Assembly (NCBI GenBank): GCA_037440805.1
Contig: JBBITK010000002.1
Coordinates: 1 to 61,886 of the forward strand
Length of the DNA stretch: 61,886 nucleotides
Source: Arcobacter sp.
Lineage (GTDB): Bacteria; Campylobacterota; Campylobacteria; Campylobacterales; Arcobacteraceae
Direction: 5' to 3'
The notes under the pieces are model-generated. The model searched no databases and had not been told where the DNA came from. It saw only the letters and a program-made list of their open reading frames with translations. Numbering within the stretch: the first letter of the stretch is position 1; the number at the start of each line of letters is the position of its first letter. Both the position numbers and the translations under genes were made by a program. Below, in pieces: positions 12,331 to 21,723 of the stretch.

Positions 12331-14253
12331 CTAAATTTTTGGTAATTCTATTTTAAAGGAAGCACCTCTATAATTCTCTTTATCTATAATAAAATTTTTA
12401 TTTTGTACAGTTAGTGAACCTTTCATATGTTTTTCAACTATCTCTTTACTCATAAAAAGTCCAATTCCTGTACCTTGACTTTGATGTTTTGTTGTAAAAT
12501 ATGGGTCGAAAATTTTATCAATTATAGATTTTTCTATTCCCCCTGCATTATCTATTATCTCTATAATATTGGTATTTTCATGGGAATAAATAGTTACTTG
12601 AATAAATTTTTGTTTGATTTTTCTTTCATTTAAAACATCTTTTGCATTGTTGAAAATATTTAAAAATACTTGAGTTAATTCATTTTCAAATCCAATACTA
12701 AAGAGTTCATTTTCTTTGTAATCTTCTACTAAATTTATGGAATTTTCTTTAAAAATTATATTTAATATTGTTAGACTATTTTTTAGTGGTGTCAAAATAT
12801 TGAATTTTGTTTTCTCTTTGTCTTCTTTGAAAAAAGTTCTAAAATCATCTATAGTTTGAGATAAGAACTGAACATAATTTGTTATATCTTGCAAAGATTT
12901 TTTCATACTTTCATTATCTGCTAAATGTAACTCTATCTCCAAAATTTTAGAAGAGGCAGTTGATGAAATTGCTGATAATGGTTGTCTCCATTGGTGAGCA
13001 ATATTTCCTATCATCTCTCCAAGAGCTGCAAATCTTGACTGTTGAATCAGTTGTTTATCTTTTTTTCTATTTTTTAATAACTCTTCCATAATTCTTATTT
13101 CAAGATTATTATTCAACTCTTGTAATTCTCTAGTCTTTTCACTAACAATATTTTCTAAATTATCATTTAAAATTTTTAATTTTCTTTGTACTTCTATCTC
13201 CTTTGAAATATCGTTTAAAACAATAATGATAATGTAGTTTTGTTCATTTATTCTGTCAAGATATTTTTTTCTAGCAGTAATGGAAAAATGCCTAAGTTCT
13301 CCTTTTTTTTTCATTGCAACTTTGTATTGTTTTGAGGGGTTCCTTAAAATTTGTTCGAACCACATTAATCCATTGTAATCTTTATTTACAATATACTCAG
13401 GATTATTTAAATCAACAAAAAATTCACAAATACATATTTTTTTCTGATAAAAATCATTAAAAGATTTAAAATTACTAAAAAAGTTTAATAAAGCACTATT
13501 TGCATCTATCATATATTTACCATTACTAACAACTACAATATTTGGTTGTCCATCCAAAATAGCCCTAGTGGAAGCTTGTTGAGTTTGTAATCCTTTTTCA
13601 TTTTTATTTATTCTTTTTGCAACAAAATAACCAAAAACTAAAACAAATATTATGATAAAAAGTAAAATTAAAAGTTCTGTTTTTTTATAGTGTTCTTTTT
13701 GTTTTTTTATCTCCACTTCTAATTCATTTAATTCCGAAATATTTTTATTTAGAAATTCATTTGTTTTAGAATAAATTTTTTTAATAAAAATAGGAGACAA
13801 TTTAAGTAAAGCTTTGATTTTTTTATCTGTTAAAATGTAATGTTTAAAATCATCTTTATCCTCAAAACTATTTTTTTCTTTTAGATAGGTAGATATTAAT
13901 TTTCCATTTTCCAAAAATGTTTCAATATTTACTTCAAAAGAGAGGTTTATTAATAAAGATTTTTTTTTGATATTTTCAATATTAGTTGCAATATTTTTTT
14001 GAATAAAATAGTTAGCCTCTTCATTTGGAGATATTATTGAAAAATTATAGAAATTTGAGTTTAATTCATTTAAATTAAATATAATATCTTTTGAAGTTTC
14101 AATATTTTGCTTCAAAGAAGCCGTTTTTTCATCTAATTTATTTATTAAATCATTGAAGAAAAAATTTGTAAAAAAAAGTAAAGCCAAACCAAGAATAAAG
14201 GTTGTTAACAGTAAACCTAATTGATTCATTGTTTTGGAAAAAAAGTTTTTCAA
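12331..14253 (-). CDS. Membrane-bound sensor histidine kinase with PAS-like region (orphan)
   Basis: Two TM segments, H-box IAHQWRQPL, N-box NNAKD, DNAGGI, FDPYFTTK and GTGIGL. TTG start. Confidence 0.93.
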   Translation of the reverse strand: MKNFFSKTMNQLGLLLTTFILGLALLFFTNFFFNDLINKLDEKTASLKQNIETSKDIIFNLNELNSNFYNFSIISPNEEANYFIQKNIATNIENIKKKSLLINLSFEVNIETFLENGKLISTYLKEKNSFEDKDDFKHYILTDKKIKALLKLSPIFIKKIYSKTNEFLNKNISELNELEVEIKKQKEHYKKTELLILLFIIIFVLVFGYFVAKRINKNEKGLQTQQASTRAILDGQPNIVVVSNGKYMIDANSALLNFFSNFKSFNDFYQKKICICEFFVDLNNPEYIVNKDYNGLMWFEQILRNPSKQYKVAMKKKGELRHFSITARKKYLDRINEQNYIIIIVLNDISKEIEVQRKLKILNDNLENIVSEKTRELQELNNNLEIRIMEELLKNRKKDKQLIQQSRFAALGEMIGNIAHQWRQPLSAISSTASSKILEIELHLADNESMKKSLQDITNYVQFLSQTIDDFRTFFKEDKEKTKFNILTPLKNSLTILNIIFKENSINLVEDYKENELFSIGFENELTQVFLNIFNNAKDVLNERKIKQKFIQVTIYSHENTNIIEIIDNAGGIEKSIIDKIFDPYFTTKHQSQGTGIGLFMSKEIVEKHMKGSLTVQNKNFIIDKENYRGASFKIELPKI

Positions 14254-14315
14254 TTAAAATCCTAATGAAAATAATTTTTTAATTAAGTAACATAATATAT
14301 AAAAAAAGGAAAAAA

Positions 14316-16166
14316 TTGTATAAAAATATATTTATAAAAATAGAAAATAGAGAAAATATCTTTTCAGTTGAAGAAAACTCCAAAATAAGAGAATTAATAA
14401 AAGAAGAAATATTAATAGAAAATGAAAATGGATATGAAATAAACTCAAAATACAAAGTTGCAACAGTTAAAATAAATAAGAATTTAGTAATTTTGGAAGA
14501 TATATCAAATGAGCACAAAAATATAAAAATAGATATGGAAGATTTAAACGGTGCTTATGATGGAGATTTTGTTTTAGCTAAAAGAGTTTTTAATCCAAGA
14601 AGTAGAAATAAAGCAAAAGTTATAAAAATTTTGGATGGTAAAAAAAATGAAATTTTAGTTTATATAAAAGATAAACAATTTCATACTCTAAAAGAGAATC
14701 TTACTTTAAAATCTAAAGAGGCTCTAAATTATAATGATGGCGATATTTTGTTGGTTGATAATAAATCATTTGAGCTTGTAAAAAATATTGGGAATATCTC
14801 AAATCCAGCTGTTGATGAAATAATCTCTTTGATTTTATATAAAGAAGATTATAGACTTGATAAGAAACTTTTAGTGGAAGCTAAAATGGATGATGAAAAC
14901 AGAAGAGTTGATTTAAGAGAGTTACCATTTTGTACCATTGACCCAAATAGTGCAAAAGACCACGATGATGCAATATATTATGATGAAGAGCAGAAAATTT
15001 TATATGTTGCAATCGCTGATGTTTCTTATTTTGTAAAAGAGGGAAGTGAACTCGATGAATTGGCATTTTTGAAATCTTCATCTATTTATTTACCAAATAA
15101 AGTTTTACCAATGTTGCCAAATGAGTTGAGTGAAGATTTATGTTCACTCAAAGAGGATGAAGATAGATACTCTTATGTTTTTAAAATCTATTTGGATTTG
15201 GAAAAATTCACAGTTATCAAAAGTGAGCTTTTTGAAGCAATTATTAACTCTCACAAAAAATTTACCTATGGAAGAATAGATAGGGTTATTGAAGGACATT
15301 TTGATCAATATTCAAAAATGGAAAAAGAGATTTTTGATTATCTATTAAGCTTATATGAAATCACAAAAAAATTTAGGGCAAAAAGATTGCTGAATGGTTA
15401 TGATTTTAGAACAAGTGAAAATAGATTAAGATTAAAAAATGGAAAATTAGAGAGTATTGAAGTAGAAACTTCAACAGATTCACATCAATTAATTGAAGAG
15501 TGTATGTTACTTGCAAATGTGGAAGCGAGTAAAAAATTAGCAGGAAAAGGTATTTTTAGAATTCATGAAGAACCATCTTTTAAAGATATTTCAAAACTTG
15601 TTGATGAAGTAAATTTATTAGGAATTGAAGTAAAACTGCAAAAAGATGTTCATTCAACAATTACTCATATTCAAAACAAAGCTAAATATTCAATGATGGC
15701 ATTGGAAATTGATGAATTAATTATTCAATCCCAAGCTCAAGCAAAATATAGTTCAAAGAATTTGGGACATTTTGGTTTAGGTTTCTCTTCATACTCGCAT
15801 TTTACAAGTCCAATTAGAAGATACTCAGATTTAGTTTTACATAGAATTTTAAAAAGCAAAAGAATACCTCAAAATATAGATGATATTTGTGAACATATTT
15901 CATTAATTGAGAGAAAAATAGACCAATTGGTTTGGGATTTGGAAGATAGAAAATATGCAAGATGGGCGAATGAAAATATTGGTGAAGAGATAAAAGTTAG
16001 TGTTAGTGATATTCAAAGAAGTAGAGGTATTTGTTATGAAAAGATTGTTGGAATGAAAGTGATTTTTGACAACTACAAAGGACAAAAACTCTTTACAAAA
16101 TTGAGAGCAACTATAAAATCTGCAAATCTTTTCACAAAAGAAATAGTAGTATCTATAAAATATTAA
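14316..16166 (+). CDS. rnr: Ribonuclease R (RNB domain)
   Basis: TIDPNSAKDHDDA, HFTSPIRRYSDL. TTG start is uncertain. Confidence 0.9.
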   Translation: MYKNIFIKIENRENIFSVEENSKIRELIKEEILIENENGYEINSKYKVATVKINKNLVILEDISNEHKNIKIDMEDLNGAYDGDFVLAKRVFNPRSRNKAKVIKILDGKKNEILVYIKDKQFHTLKENLTLKSKEALNYNDGDILLVDNKSFELVKNIGNISNPAVDEIISLILYKEDYRLDKKLLVEAKMDDENRRVDLRELPFCTIDPNSAKDHDDAIYYDEEQKILYVAIADVSYFVKEGSELDELAFLKSSSIYLPNKVLPMLPNELSEDLCSLKEDEDRYSYVFKIYLDLEKFTVIKSELFEAIINSHKKFTYGRIDRVIEGHFDQYSKMEKEIFDYLLSLYEITKKFRAKRLLNGYDFRTSENRLRLKNGKLESIEVETSTDSHQLIEECMLLANVEASKKLAGKGIFRIHEEPSFKDISKLVDEVNLLGIEVKLQKDVHSTITHIQNKAKYSMMALEIDELIIQSQAQAKYSSKNLGHFGLGFSSYSHFTSPIRRYSDLVLHRILKSKRIPQNIDDICEHISLIERKIDQLVWDLEDRKYARWANENIGEEIKVSVSDIQRSRGICYEKIVGMKVIFDNYKGQKLFTKLRATIKSANLFTKEIVVSIKY

Positions 16167-16190
16167 ATTTTTAAAATAGGGCAAAAAACA

Positions 16191-17168
16191 ATGTATAAAA
16201 ATGAATTTGATAATTTACTAAAGCAAGGTAAAATTTTTAAAAACTATCTATTTTATGGGCAATCTATCTATTTGATAGAAGAATATTCCACAAATTTAGC
16301 AAAAATACATAGCCAAGATGATGATTTTGAAAAGATATATTTTGAAGATTATGATTATAAGGAAGTAAAAGATAAGTTGGCTCAATCTTCACTCTTTTCT
16401 GATAGTAATGTGATTTTATTGAAACTTGATAAGAAAATTCCAAAAAAAGATTTAGATAGTTTAGTTGATACTTGTTCTTCAAATCCAAATTCTATTTTAA
16501 TAATTGCTTGTATGGGAGATGTAGATTTCAAAACAATGGAAGATAGTTTTAAAAAACAAAATTGTGCAAGTGTTAGATTTTTTCATCCAACAGATAGTGA
16601 AGCTGTGAGATTTTTGGAATATCAAGCAAAAAATTTAAATCTAAAATATGATGTTTCAGCATTAAATCATCTATATTTTATGCATAAATCTGATTTATCT
16701 TTATGTGTAAATGATTTGAGAAAATTAGCAGTTTTAAATGAAAATATAACATCATCATTAGTTAATCTACATTGTTTTGGTATGGGAAATGTAAATTTTG
16801 AAGATTTTTTATATGATTTATTAACAGGCAAAGATATAGGAGAAGATTTAAATTTACTTTTAGAAAATGGGGAAAATGAGATTTATTTATTAAACCAAAT
16901 TGTCTCTTTTATTCAACAGCTTTTTATGATTTCATCCTACGCAAGGTCTATTGGAGAGCCAAACCCAAAGGAAATTTTGGGATTTATTCCCCCTAAAAAT
17001 ATTTGGGAAAAGAAATCAAAATTAGCAATCGGAATTAAACCTGAGAAATTTGAAGAGATGTTAAATTATCTATTAGAAGTTGAACTTTTACTAAAAAGCT
17101 CAAAAATAGATAACCATAATTTGTACCTTCAATCTGTTCTAAGAAATTTTACAGTTTTTTTTAGATAA
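16191..17168 (+). CDS. holA: DNA polymerase III delta subunit
   Basis: LFYG and QSSLF motifs, about 325 aa, positioned between rnr and rpsF. Confidence 0.85.
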   Translation: MYKNEFDNLLKQGKIFKNYLFYGQSIYLIEEYSTNLAKIHSQDDDFEKIYFEDYDYKEVKDKLAQSSLFSDSNVILLKLDKKIPKKDLDSLVDTCSSNPNSILIIACMGDVDFKTMEDSFKKQNCASVRFFHPTDSEAVRFLEYQAKNLNLKYDVSALNHLYFMHKSDLSLCVNDLRKLAVLNENITSSLVNLHCFGMGNVNFEDFLYDLLTGKDIGEDLNLLLENGENEIYLLNQIVSFIQQLFMISSYARSIGEPNPKEILGFIPPKNIWEKKSKLAIGIKPEKFEEMLNYLLEVELLLKSSKIDNHNLYLQSVLRNFTVFFR

Positions 17169-17189
17169 AATCACGCACTTTACAAGAGT

Positions 17190-17250
17190 GAGTAGTCCTT
17201 GCTGATATTAGAAATGTAAAGAATACCGGCGTAATCTATAAGGAGAAAAA
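17190..17250 (+). promoter_or_regulatory. Putative S6:S18 ribosomal protein leader
   Basis: TCCTTGC (17196-17202) can pair with the TAAGGAG Shine-Dalgarno. The ..GC..TAATC..TAAGGAG layout resembles the rpsF leader. Confidence 0.6.
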
Positions 17251-17607
17251 ATGTCAAAATTAAAACATTATGAAACAATGTTTATCTTAAAGCCTACTTT
17301 AACTGAAGAAGAAACAGTAGCGCAATTTGAATCAATCAAAGCTATGATTGAAAAAAATGGTGGAGAAATTGCAGTTTGTGACGATATGGGAACAAGAGAA
17401 CTTGCATATGAAATCGAAAAATGTAAAAGAGGTCACTACTATGTGATTTATTTTAGAGGAAATCCATCAGGAATTGCTGAAATCGAAAGAAATTATAGAA
17501 ATAATGAAAATTTAATTAGATTTATTTTTATAAAATATGAGTCTAAAAAAGAGATCGCATCTTGGACAAGAATGAGCGAAGAGGCAGCTAAAAAAGCAGC
17601 TAAATAA
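17251..17607 (+). CDS. rpsF: 30S ribosomal protein S6
   Basis: HYETMFILKP and LAYEI..KRGHY. Confidence 0.97.
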   Translation: MSKLKHYETMFILKPTLTEEETVAQFESIKAMIEKNGGEIAVCDDMGTRELAYEIEKCKRGHYYVIYFRGNPSGIAEIERNYRNNENLIRFIFIKYESKKEIASWTRMSEEAAKKAAK

Positions 17608-17625
17608 TAATAACTAGGAACCCTT

Positions 17626-18141
17626 ATGTACAATAAAGTAGTAATGATAGGAAATTTAACTAGAGATATTGAATTAAGATATTTACCATCTGGTTCTGCA
17701 ATAGCAAAAGGTGCAATAGCTACATCTTTTAAATACAAAACTTCAACTGGTGAACAAAAAGATGAAGTTTGTTTTTTAGATTTCAATATTTTTGGAAGAA
17801 GTGCTGAGGTTGCTAATCAGTATTTAAGAAAAGGTTCAAAAGTTTTATTAGAAGGAAGACTTGTGTTTGAACAATGGACAGCACAAGATGGCTCAACAAG
17901 AAGTAGACACTCTTTGAGAGTTGAAACTATGAAGATGTTAGATTCTAAAAATGATTCTGGAAATATGAATTCAGAGAGCAACTATGGTTCTCAAAATAGT
18001 TATATGCAACCTACGAATCAATATGATGAATTACCATCTGGTAACAGCTACAGTGGTGGTATAGCTGCTCAACAACCAAAACAAAATTTTGAGTATAAAA
18101 TACCTGAAATTGATATAGACGAAGACGAAATACCGTTTTAG
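17626..18141 (+). CDS. ssb: Single-stranded DNA-binding protein
   Basis: NKVVMIGNLTRDIELRY and acidic C-terminal DEDEIPF. Confidence 0.98.
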   Translation: MYNKVVMIGNLTRDIELRYLPSGSAIAKGAIATSFKYKTSTGEQKDEVCFLDFNIFGRSAEVANQYLRKGSKVLLEGRLVFEQWTAQDGSTRSRHSLRVETMKMLDSKNDSGNMNSESNYGSQNSYMQPTNQYDELPSGNSYSGGIAAQQPKQNFEYKIPEIDIDEDEIPF

Positions 18142-18156
18142 AAAAAGGAAAATCAA

Positions 18157-18423
18157 ATGGCTGAAAGAAGAAAATACGGAAAAAAATATTGTAAATATAC
18201 TGAAATGAAAATCGATGCTATCGATTACAAAAACACTGAGTTATTAAAAATTTCTATGAGTGAAAGAGGTAAAATTATGCCTAGAAGACTTACTGGAAAT
18301 TCTAAAAACTTCCAAGAAATGGTAGAAAAAGCAATAAAAAGAGCTAGACATATGGCATTAGTACCATACATTGTTGATACTAAAAATGTTACAGATGCAG
18401 CTTACTCTAAAAACGCTTATTAA
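18157..18423 (+). CDS. rpsR: 30S ribosomal protein S18
   Basis: [18 protein letters not shown] and AIKRAR. Confidence 0.97.
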   Translation: MAERRKYGKKYCKYTEMKIDAIDYKNTELLKISMSERGKIMPRRLTGNSKNFQEMVEKAIKRARHMALVPYIVDTKNVTDAAYSKNAY

Positions 18424-18440
18424 TATTTAGTTTTTAGTAC

Positions 18441-18474
18441 AAAAAAGGGAAGAGTTTATCTCTTCCCTTTTTTT
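18441..18474 (+). terminator. Intrinsic terminator after rpsR
   Basis: AAAAAAGGGAAGAG-TTTAT-CTCTTCCCTTTTTTT. Confidence 0.88.
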
Positions 18475-18495
18475 ATTTTTAAAAAAGAGAAAATT

Positions 18496-18690
18496 ATGGA
18501 AGAGAAATTAAAAATCGCTTTAAGATTAAGATTTGAGTATTACAACACATTTGAAGGAAAAGAGGATATTTGGCATAAGAAATATAAAAATAATGAACTC
18601 TATGAAGTTGTTGTAAAAAGTTTTGCTTATGATTTTAAAGAGATAGGCAATATGATGCCAAAATTAATAAAAGATGAAGGAAAATTATAA
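18496..18690 (+). CDS. Small hypothetical protein
   Basis: 64-aa ORF with a plausible RBS and protein-like composition. Confidence 0.6.
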   Translation: MEEKLKIALRLRFEYYNTFEGKEDIWHKKYKNNELYEVVVKSFAYDFKEIGNMMPKLIKDEGKL

Positions 18691-20142
18691 TTCCTCCATT
18701 TTAATATAATCAGAATCAGTTCTGATTGTAAACAATGGAACCCTTTTTTCCCAAACGGTTTTACTCGGTGTGTCCATAAGTGAAATTCCAAGAGCAGTTA
18801 ATTCATCTCTTACTTTATCAGCTGTTGTGAAATCTTTTATTTTTTTAGCTTCATTTCTTTGTTCTATTAAAGTTTCTATTTTTTGTTTTGTATTTTCATC
18901 TATTCCAAATTGAAAATAAGAATAAGCATCATTTCCTGCAAAACCTAAAATATTTTCAATAAACTCTATATTTGAAACAATCTCCATTTTTAGATTCTTA
19001 TCTTTTGGATTTATATCTAATTTATCATTTGAAACAGAAACAAACTCATCAATAACAGCAAAAGCTTTTGAGCTATTTAAATCATCATTTAAAGCATTTA
19101 AAATATCTGTTTTGAATTGTTTATTTATTTGTGAATTTGCTATTCCATAAACTCTTTTTTTAAGTCTATAAAGCTTATCAAGTCTTTTTTTAGAAGCTAT
19201 TAAATCCTCTTCATTGAAGTTAAAATCTGCTCTATAGTGTGCAGACATCAAATAAAATCTAATAACTTCCCCAGAATAAGCTTTTAACACATCCTTTAAG
19301 AAAAATGAGTTACCCAAAGATTTACTCATCTTTTCACCATTAATATTTACAAAACCGTTGTGCATCCAATATTTTGCCAAATGTTGTCCGCTAGAGCATC
19401 TAGTTTGTGCAGCCTCATTTTCATGGTGAGGAAAGAGTAAATCCGCTCCTCCTCCGTGAATATCTATTTGATAAGGGGTATTTTTGTATGCTAAATGTTT
19501 TTCTATCATAGCACTACATTCAATATGCCATCCTGGTCGCCCTAAACCAAATGGTGCTTCAAAACTAACATCATTTGTTTTTGCAAATTTCCATAGGGCA
19601 AAATCAGATGGATTTCTTTTTTCTTTGTTTTCTTCAATTCTTGATTGTGAATTCTCATCACTTATTTTATGTGAAATTTCACCATAAGAGTTATCTTTTG
19701 AAGTATCAAAATATACACCATCACTTGTAGCATAACCAACATCTTTTGAAATGAGATTATTTATCATATCTTTCATTATTTCAAGATTTTCAGTAGCTTT
19801 TGGTTCTATTGTATTTGGAAGAATATTCAAAGAGTTCATATCATCTTTATATGCTTGAATATATTTTGATGTGATTTCTTCTAAAGGTAGGTTTAAATCT
19901 GTCATTTTTTTGATGATTTTATCATCAATATCAGTGAAATTTTTGGTCATAGTTACTTCATAATCATTTGCTTTTAAAACCCTATGAAGTAAATCAAAGG
20001 CTATTGCACTTCTTGCATGACCCAAATGAGAATCATCATAAACTGTTGGTCCACAAACATATATTTTAACTCTCTTCTCTTCTATTGGTTCAAAAAGAGT
20101 TTTCTCTTTTTTCACCGAATCATAAATATATATTTTATTCAT
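18685..20142 (-). CDS. cysS: Cysteine--tRNA ligase
   Basis: YVCGPTVY, HLGH, GWHIECS and KMSKS. Confidence 0.98.
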   Translation of the reverse strand: MNKIYIYDSVKKEKTLFEPIEEKRVKIYVCGPTVYDDSHLGHARSAIAFDLLHRVLKANDYEVTMTKNFTDIDDKIIKKMTDLNLPLEEITSKYIQAYKDDMNSLNILPNTIEPKATENLEIMKDMINNLISKDVGYATSDGVYFDTSKDNSYGEISHKISDENSQSRIEENKEKRNPSDFALWKFAKTNDVSFEAPFGLGRPGWHIECSAMIEKHLAYKNTPYQIDIHGGGADLLFPHHENEAAQTRCSSGQHLAKYWMHNGFVNINGEKMSKSLGNSFFLKDVLKAYSGEVIRFYLMSAHYRADFNFNEEDLIASKKRLDKLYRLKKRVYGIANSQINKQFKTDILNALNDDLNSSKAFAVIDEFVSVSNDKLDINPKDKNLKMEIVSNIEFIENILGFAGNDAYSYFQFGIDENTKQKIETLIEQRNEAKKIKDFTTADKVRDELTALGISLMDTPSKTVWEKRVPLFTIRTDSDYIKMEEL

Positions 20143-20143
20143 T

Positions 20144-21307
20144 TTATTTAAATAGTGCTTCTAATGATTTTGTATCAGTAACTTTTTCTTGAGCAGGTGT
20201 GATTTGTACATTTTCACTATTTGAAGAAGTTGTGCTAGAAGCAGTTTCAACCAATTCAATCTCATATTTTGTAAGCATTGAAGCTAATCTGATATTTAAA
20301 CCATCTTTTCCAATTGCTTTTGATTTTTGATCACTAGGAATAGTAACAACAGCTTTACCTTTATCTGCACCTTTTGCAGGTTCTGTGATTTTTACAGAGT
20401 TTATAATTGCAGGAGATAAAGCTCTTGCTATGAACATTTCAGGAATTGTAGAGTATTCAACACAATCAATACTTTCGTTACTTAATTGCTTAGATACCGC
20501 ACCAATTCTTACACCTTTTACTCCTACAACAGCACCAATAGCATCTATTTGAGGGTCTATTGTAGATAGAGCTATTTTAGATCTAGTTCCAGGAATTCTA
20601 GCACTAGCTTCAATTGTAACTTTTCCATCTTTTAATTCAGGAACTTCAAGAGTTAAAAGGCTTTCTAAAAATTTTGGCGAAGTTCTTGAAATATCAATTA
20701 ATAATCCATTTGATTTATCGATATTTACACCTCTTACTACAGCTTTTACTGTGTCTCCAACTCTAAAAGATTCACCTTTTATTCTGCTTTTTCTTTGTAA
20801 AACACCCTTTACCTCTCCAATTTCAATAAAAGTGTTTTCTTGTCTATCTATTCTTGAAACTGTTCCAGAGATAGTTTTTCCAATTTTATCTTTGTATTTA
20901 TTAAGTAAATTCTCTTCTATAAATCTTTGAATTCTGTATTCAAAATTGTTATGTAAAATAGTGGCAGCATTTCTTCCCATATTTTCAAACTCTAAATCAT
21001 AGTTTACAAAATCTCCAATTTCTAAATCAGAATCTAACTCTTTTGCTTCACTTAGAGGAATGAAATTATCAACATTAAATGTAGTTTCTACTCCTATTCT
21101 TGGATCTTCATCAGAAACAACCTCGATTTTTTGGAAAAGTTGAAGCTTTTTATTTGCTCTATCTATTTTTGCATCAAATCTTAATGTTTCATCAACCATT
21201 TTTTGTGCAGTTTTAATCAATGATTCTTTTAAAGCATTTTCAACATCGTCTATTTTAAGACCTTTTTCGTATGCTATTGAATCTAAAATATCTATTATTT
21301 TATCCAT
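20144..21307 (-). CDS. nusA: Transcription termination/antitermination factor NusA
   Basis: S1 and KH domains (ARIPG.RSK, AIGKDGLNIRLAS). Start at MDKII. Confidence 0.96.
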   Translation of the reverse strand: MDKIIDILDSIAYEKGLKIDDVENALKESLIKTAQKMVDETLRFDAKIDRANKKLQLFQKIEVVSDEDPRIGVETTFNVDNFIPLSEAKELDSDLEIGDFVNYDLEFENMGRNAATILHNNFEYRIQRFIEENLLNKYKDKIGKTISGTVSRIDRQENTFIEIGEVKGVLQRKSRIKGESFRVGDTVKAVVRGVNIDKSNGLLIDISRTSPKFLESLLTLEVPELKDGKVTIEASARIPGTRSKIALSTIDPQIDAIGAVVGVKGVRIGAVSKQLSNESIDCVEYSTIPEMFIARALSPAIINSVKITEPAKGADKGKAVVTIPSDQKSKAIGKDGLNIRLASMLTKYEIELVETASSTTSSNSENVQITPAQEKVTDTKSLEALFK

Positions 21308-21459
21308 AAATAACCTTCTGTTTTTTAACATTGAAATGTTGTGTTTTGATTTTCAATGTGGAGTGTAGTCTTGGAGTATAGCAAAATAACCCTTTTATAG
21401 AAATAAAAGCAATATTAAGTTAAAATCTAAGAACTTATAAAAACAAAAAAGGTCTTAAA

Positions 21460-21702
21460 ATGGAATTATTATTAGTTAGAAATGAATTAAATGAAAAGCC
21501 AAAAAAAGTACAAATTGAGAAGTTAAAAGAGGATTTAAAAAACAACGGTCAAAAAATATTCTATTTTGATAGAGATAACTCTCACAAAGATATGATGGCT
21601 TTAGTTGATAGCTTTGAGAAAGATGGTTTTAATGTGTATTTTAGAGAAGTAAAATACGGTTTAGCAGATGATGAGTATATGTACGAAGTACATGCACTGT
21701 AA
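21460..21702 (+). CDS. HP0268-family protein
   Basis: IFYFDRDNSHKD and REVKYGL...YMYEVH, upstream of miaB as in Helicobacter/Campylobacter. Confidence 0.85.
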   Translation: MELLLVRNELNEKPKKVQIEKLKEDLKNNGQKIFYFDRDNSHKDMMALVDSFEKDGFNVYFREVKYGLADDEYMYEVHAL

Positions 21703-21723
21703 TAATTAATTGTGAAAGATAAT

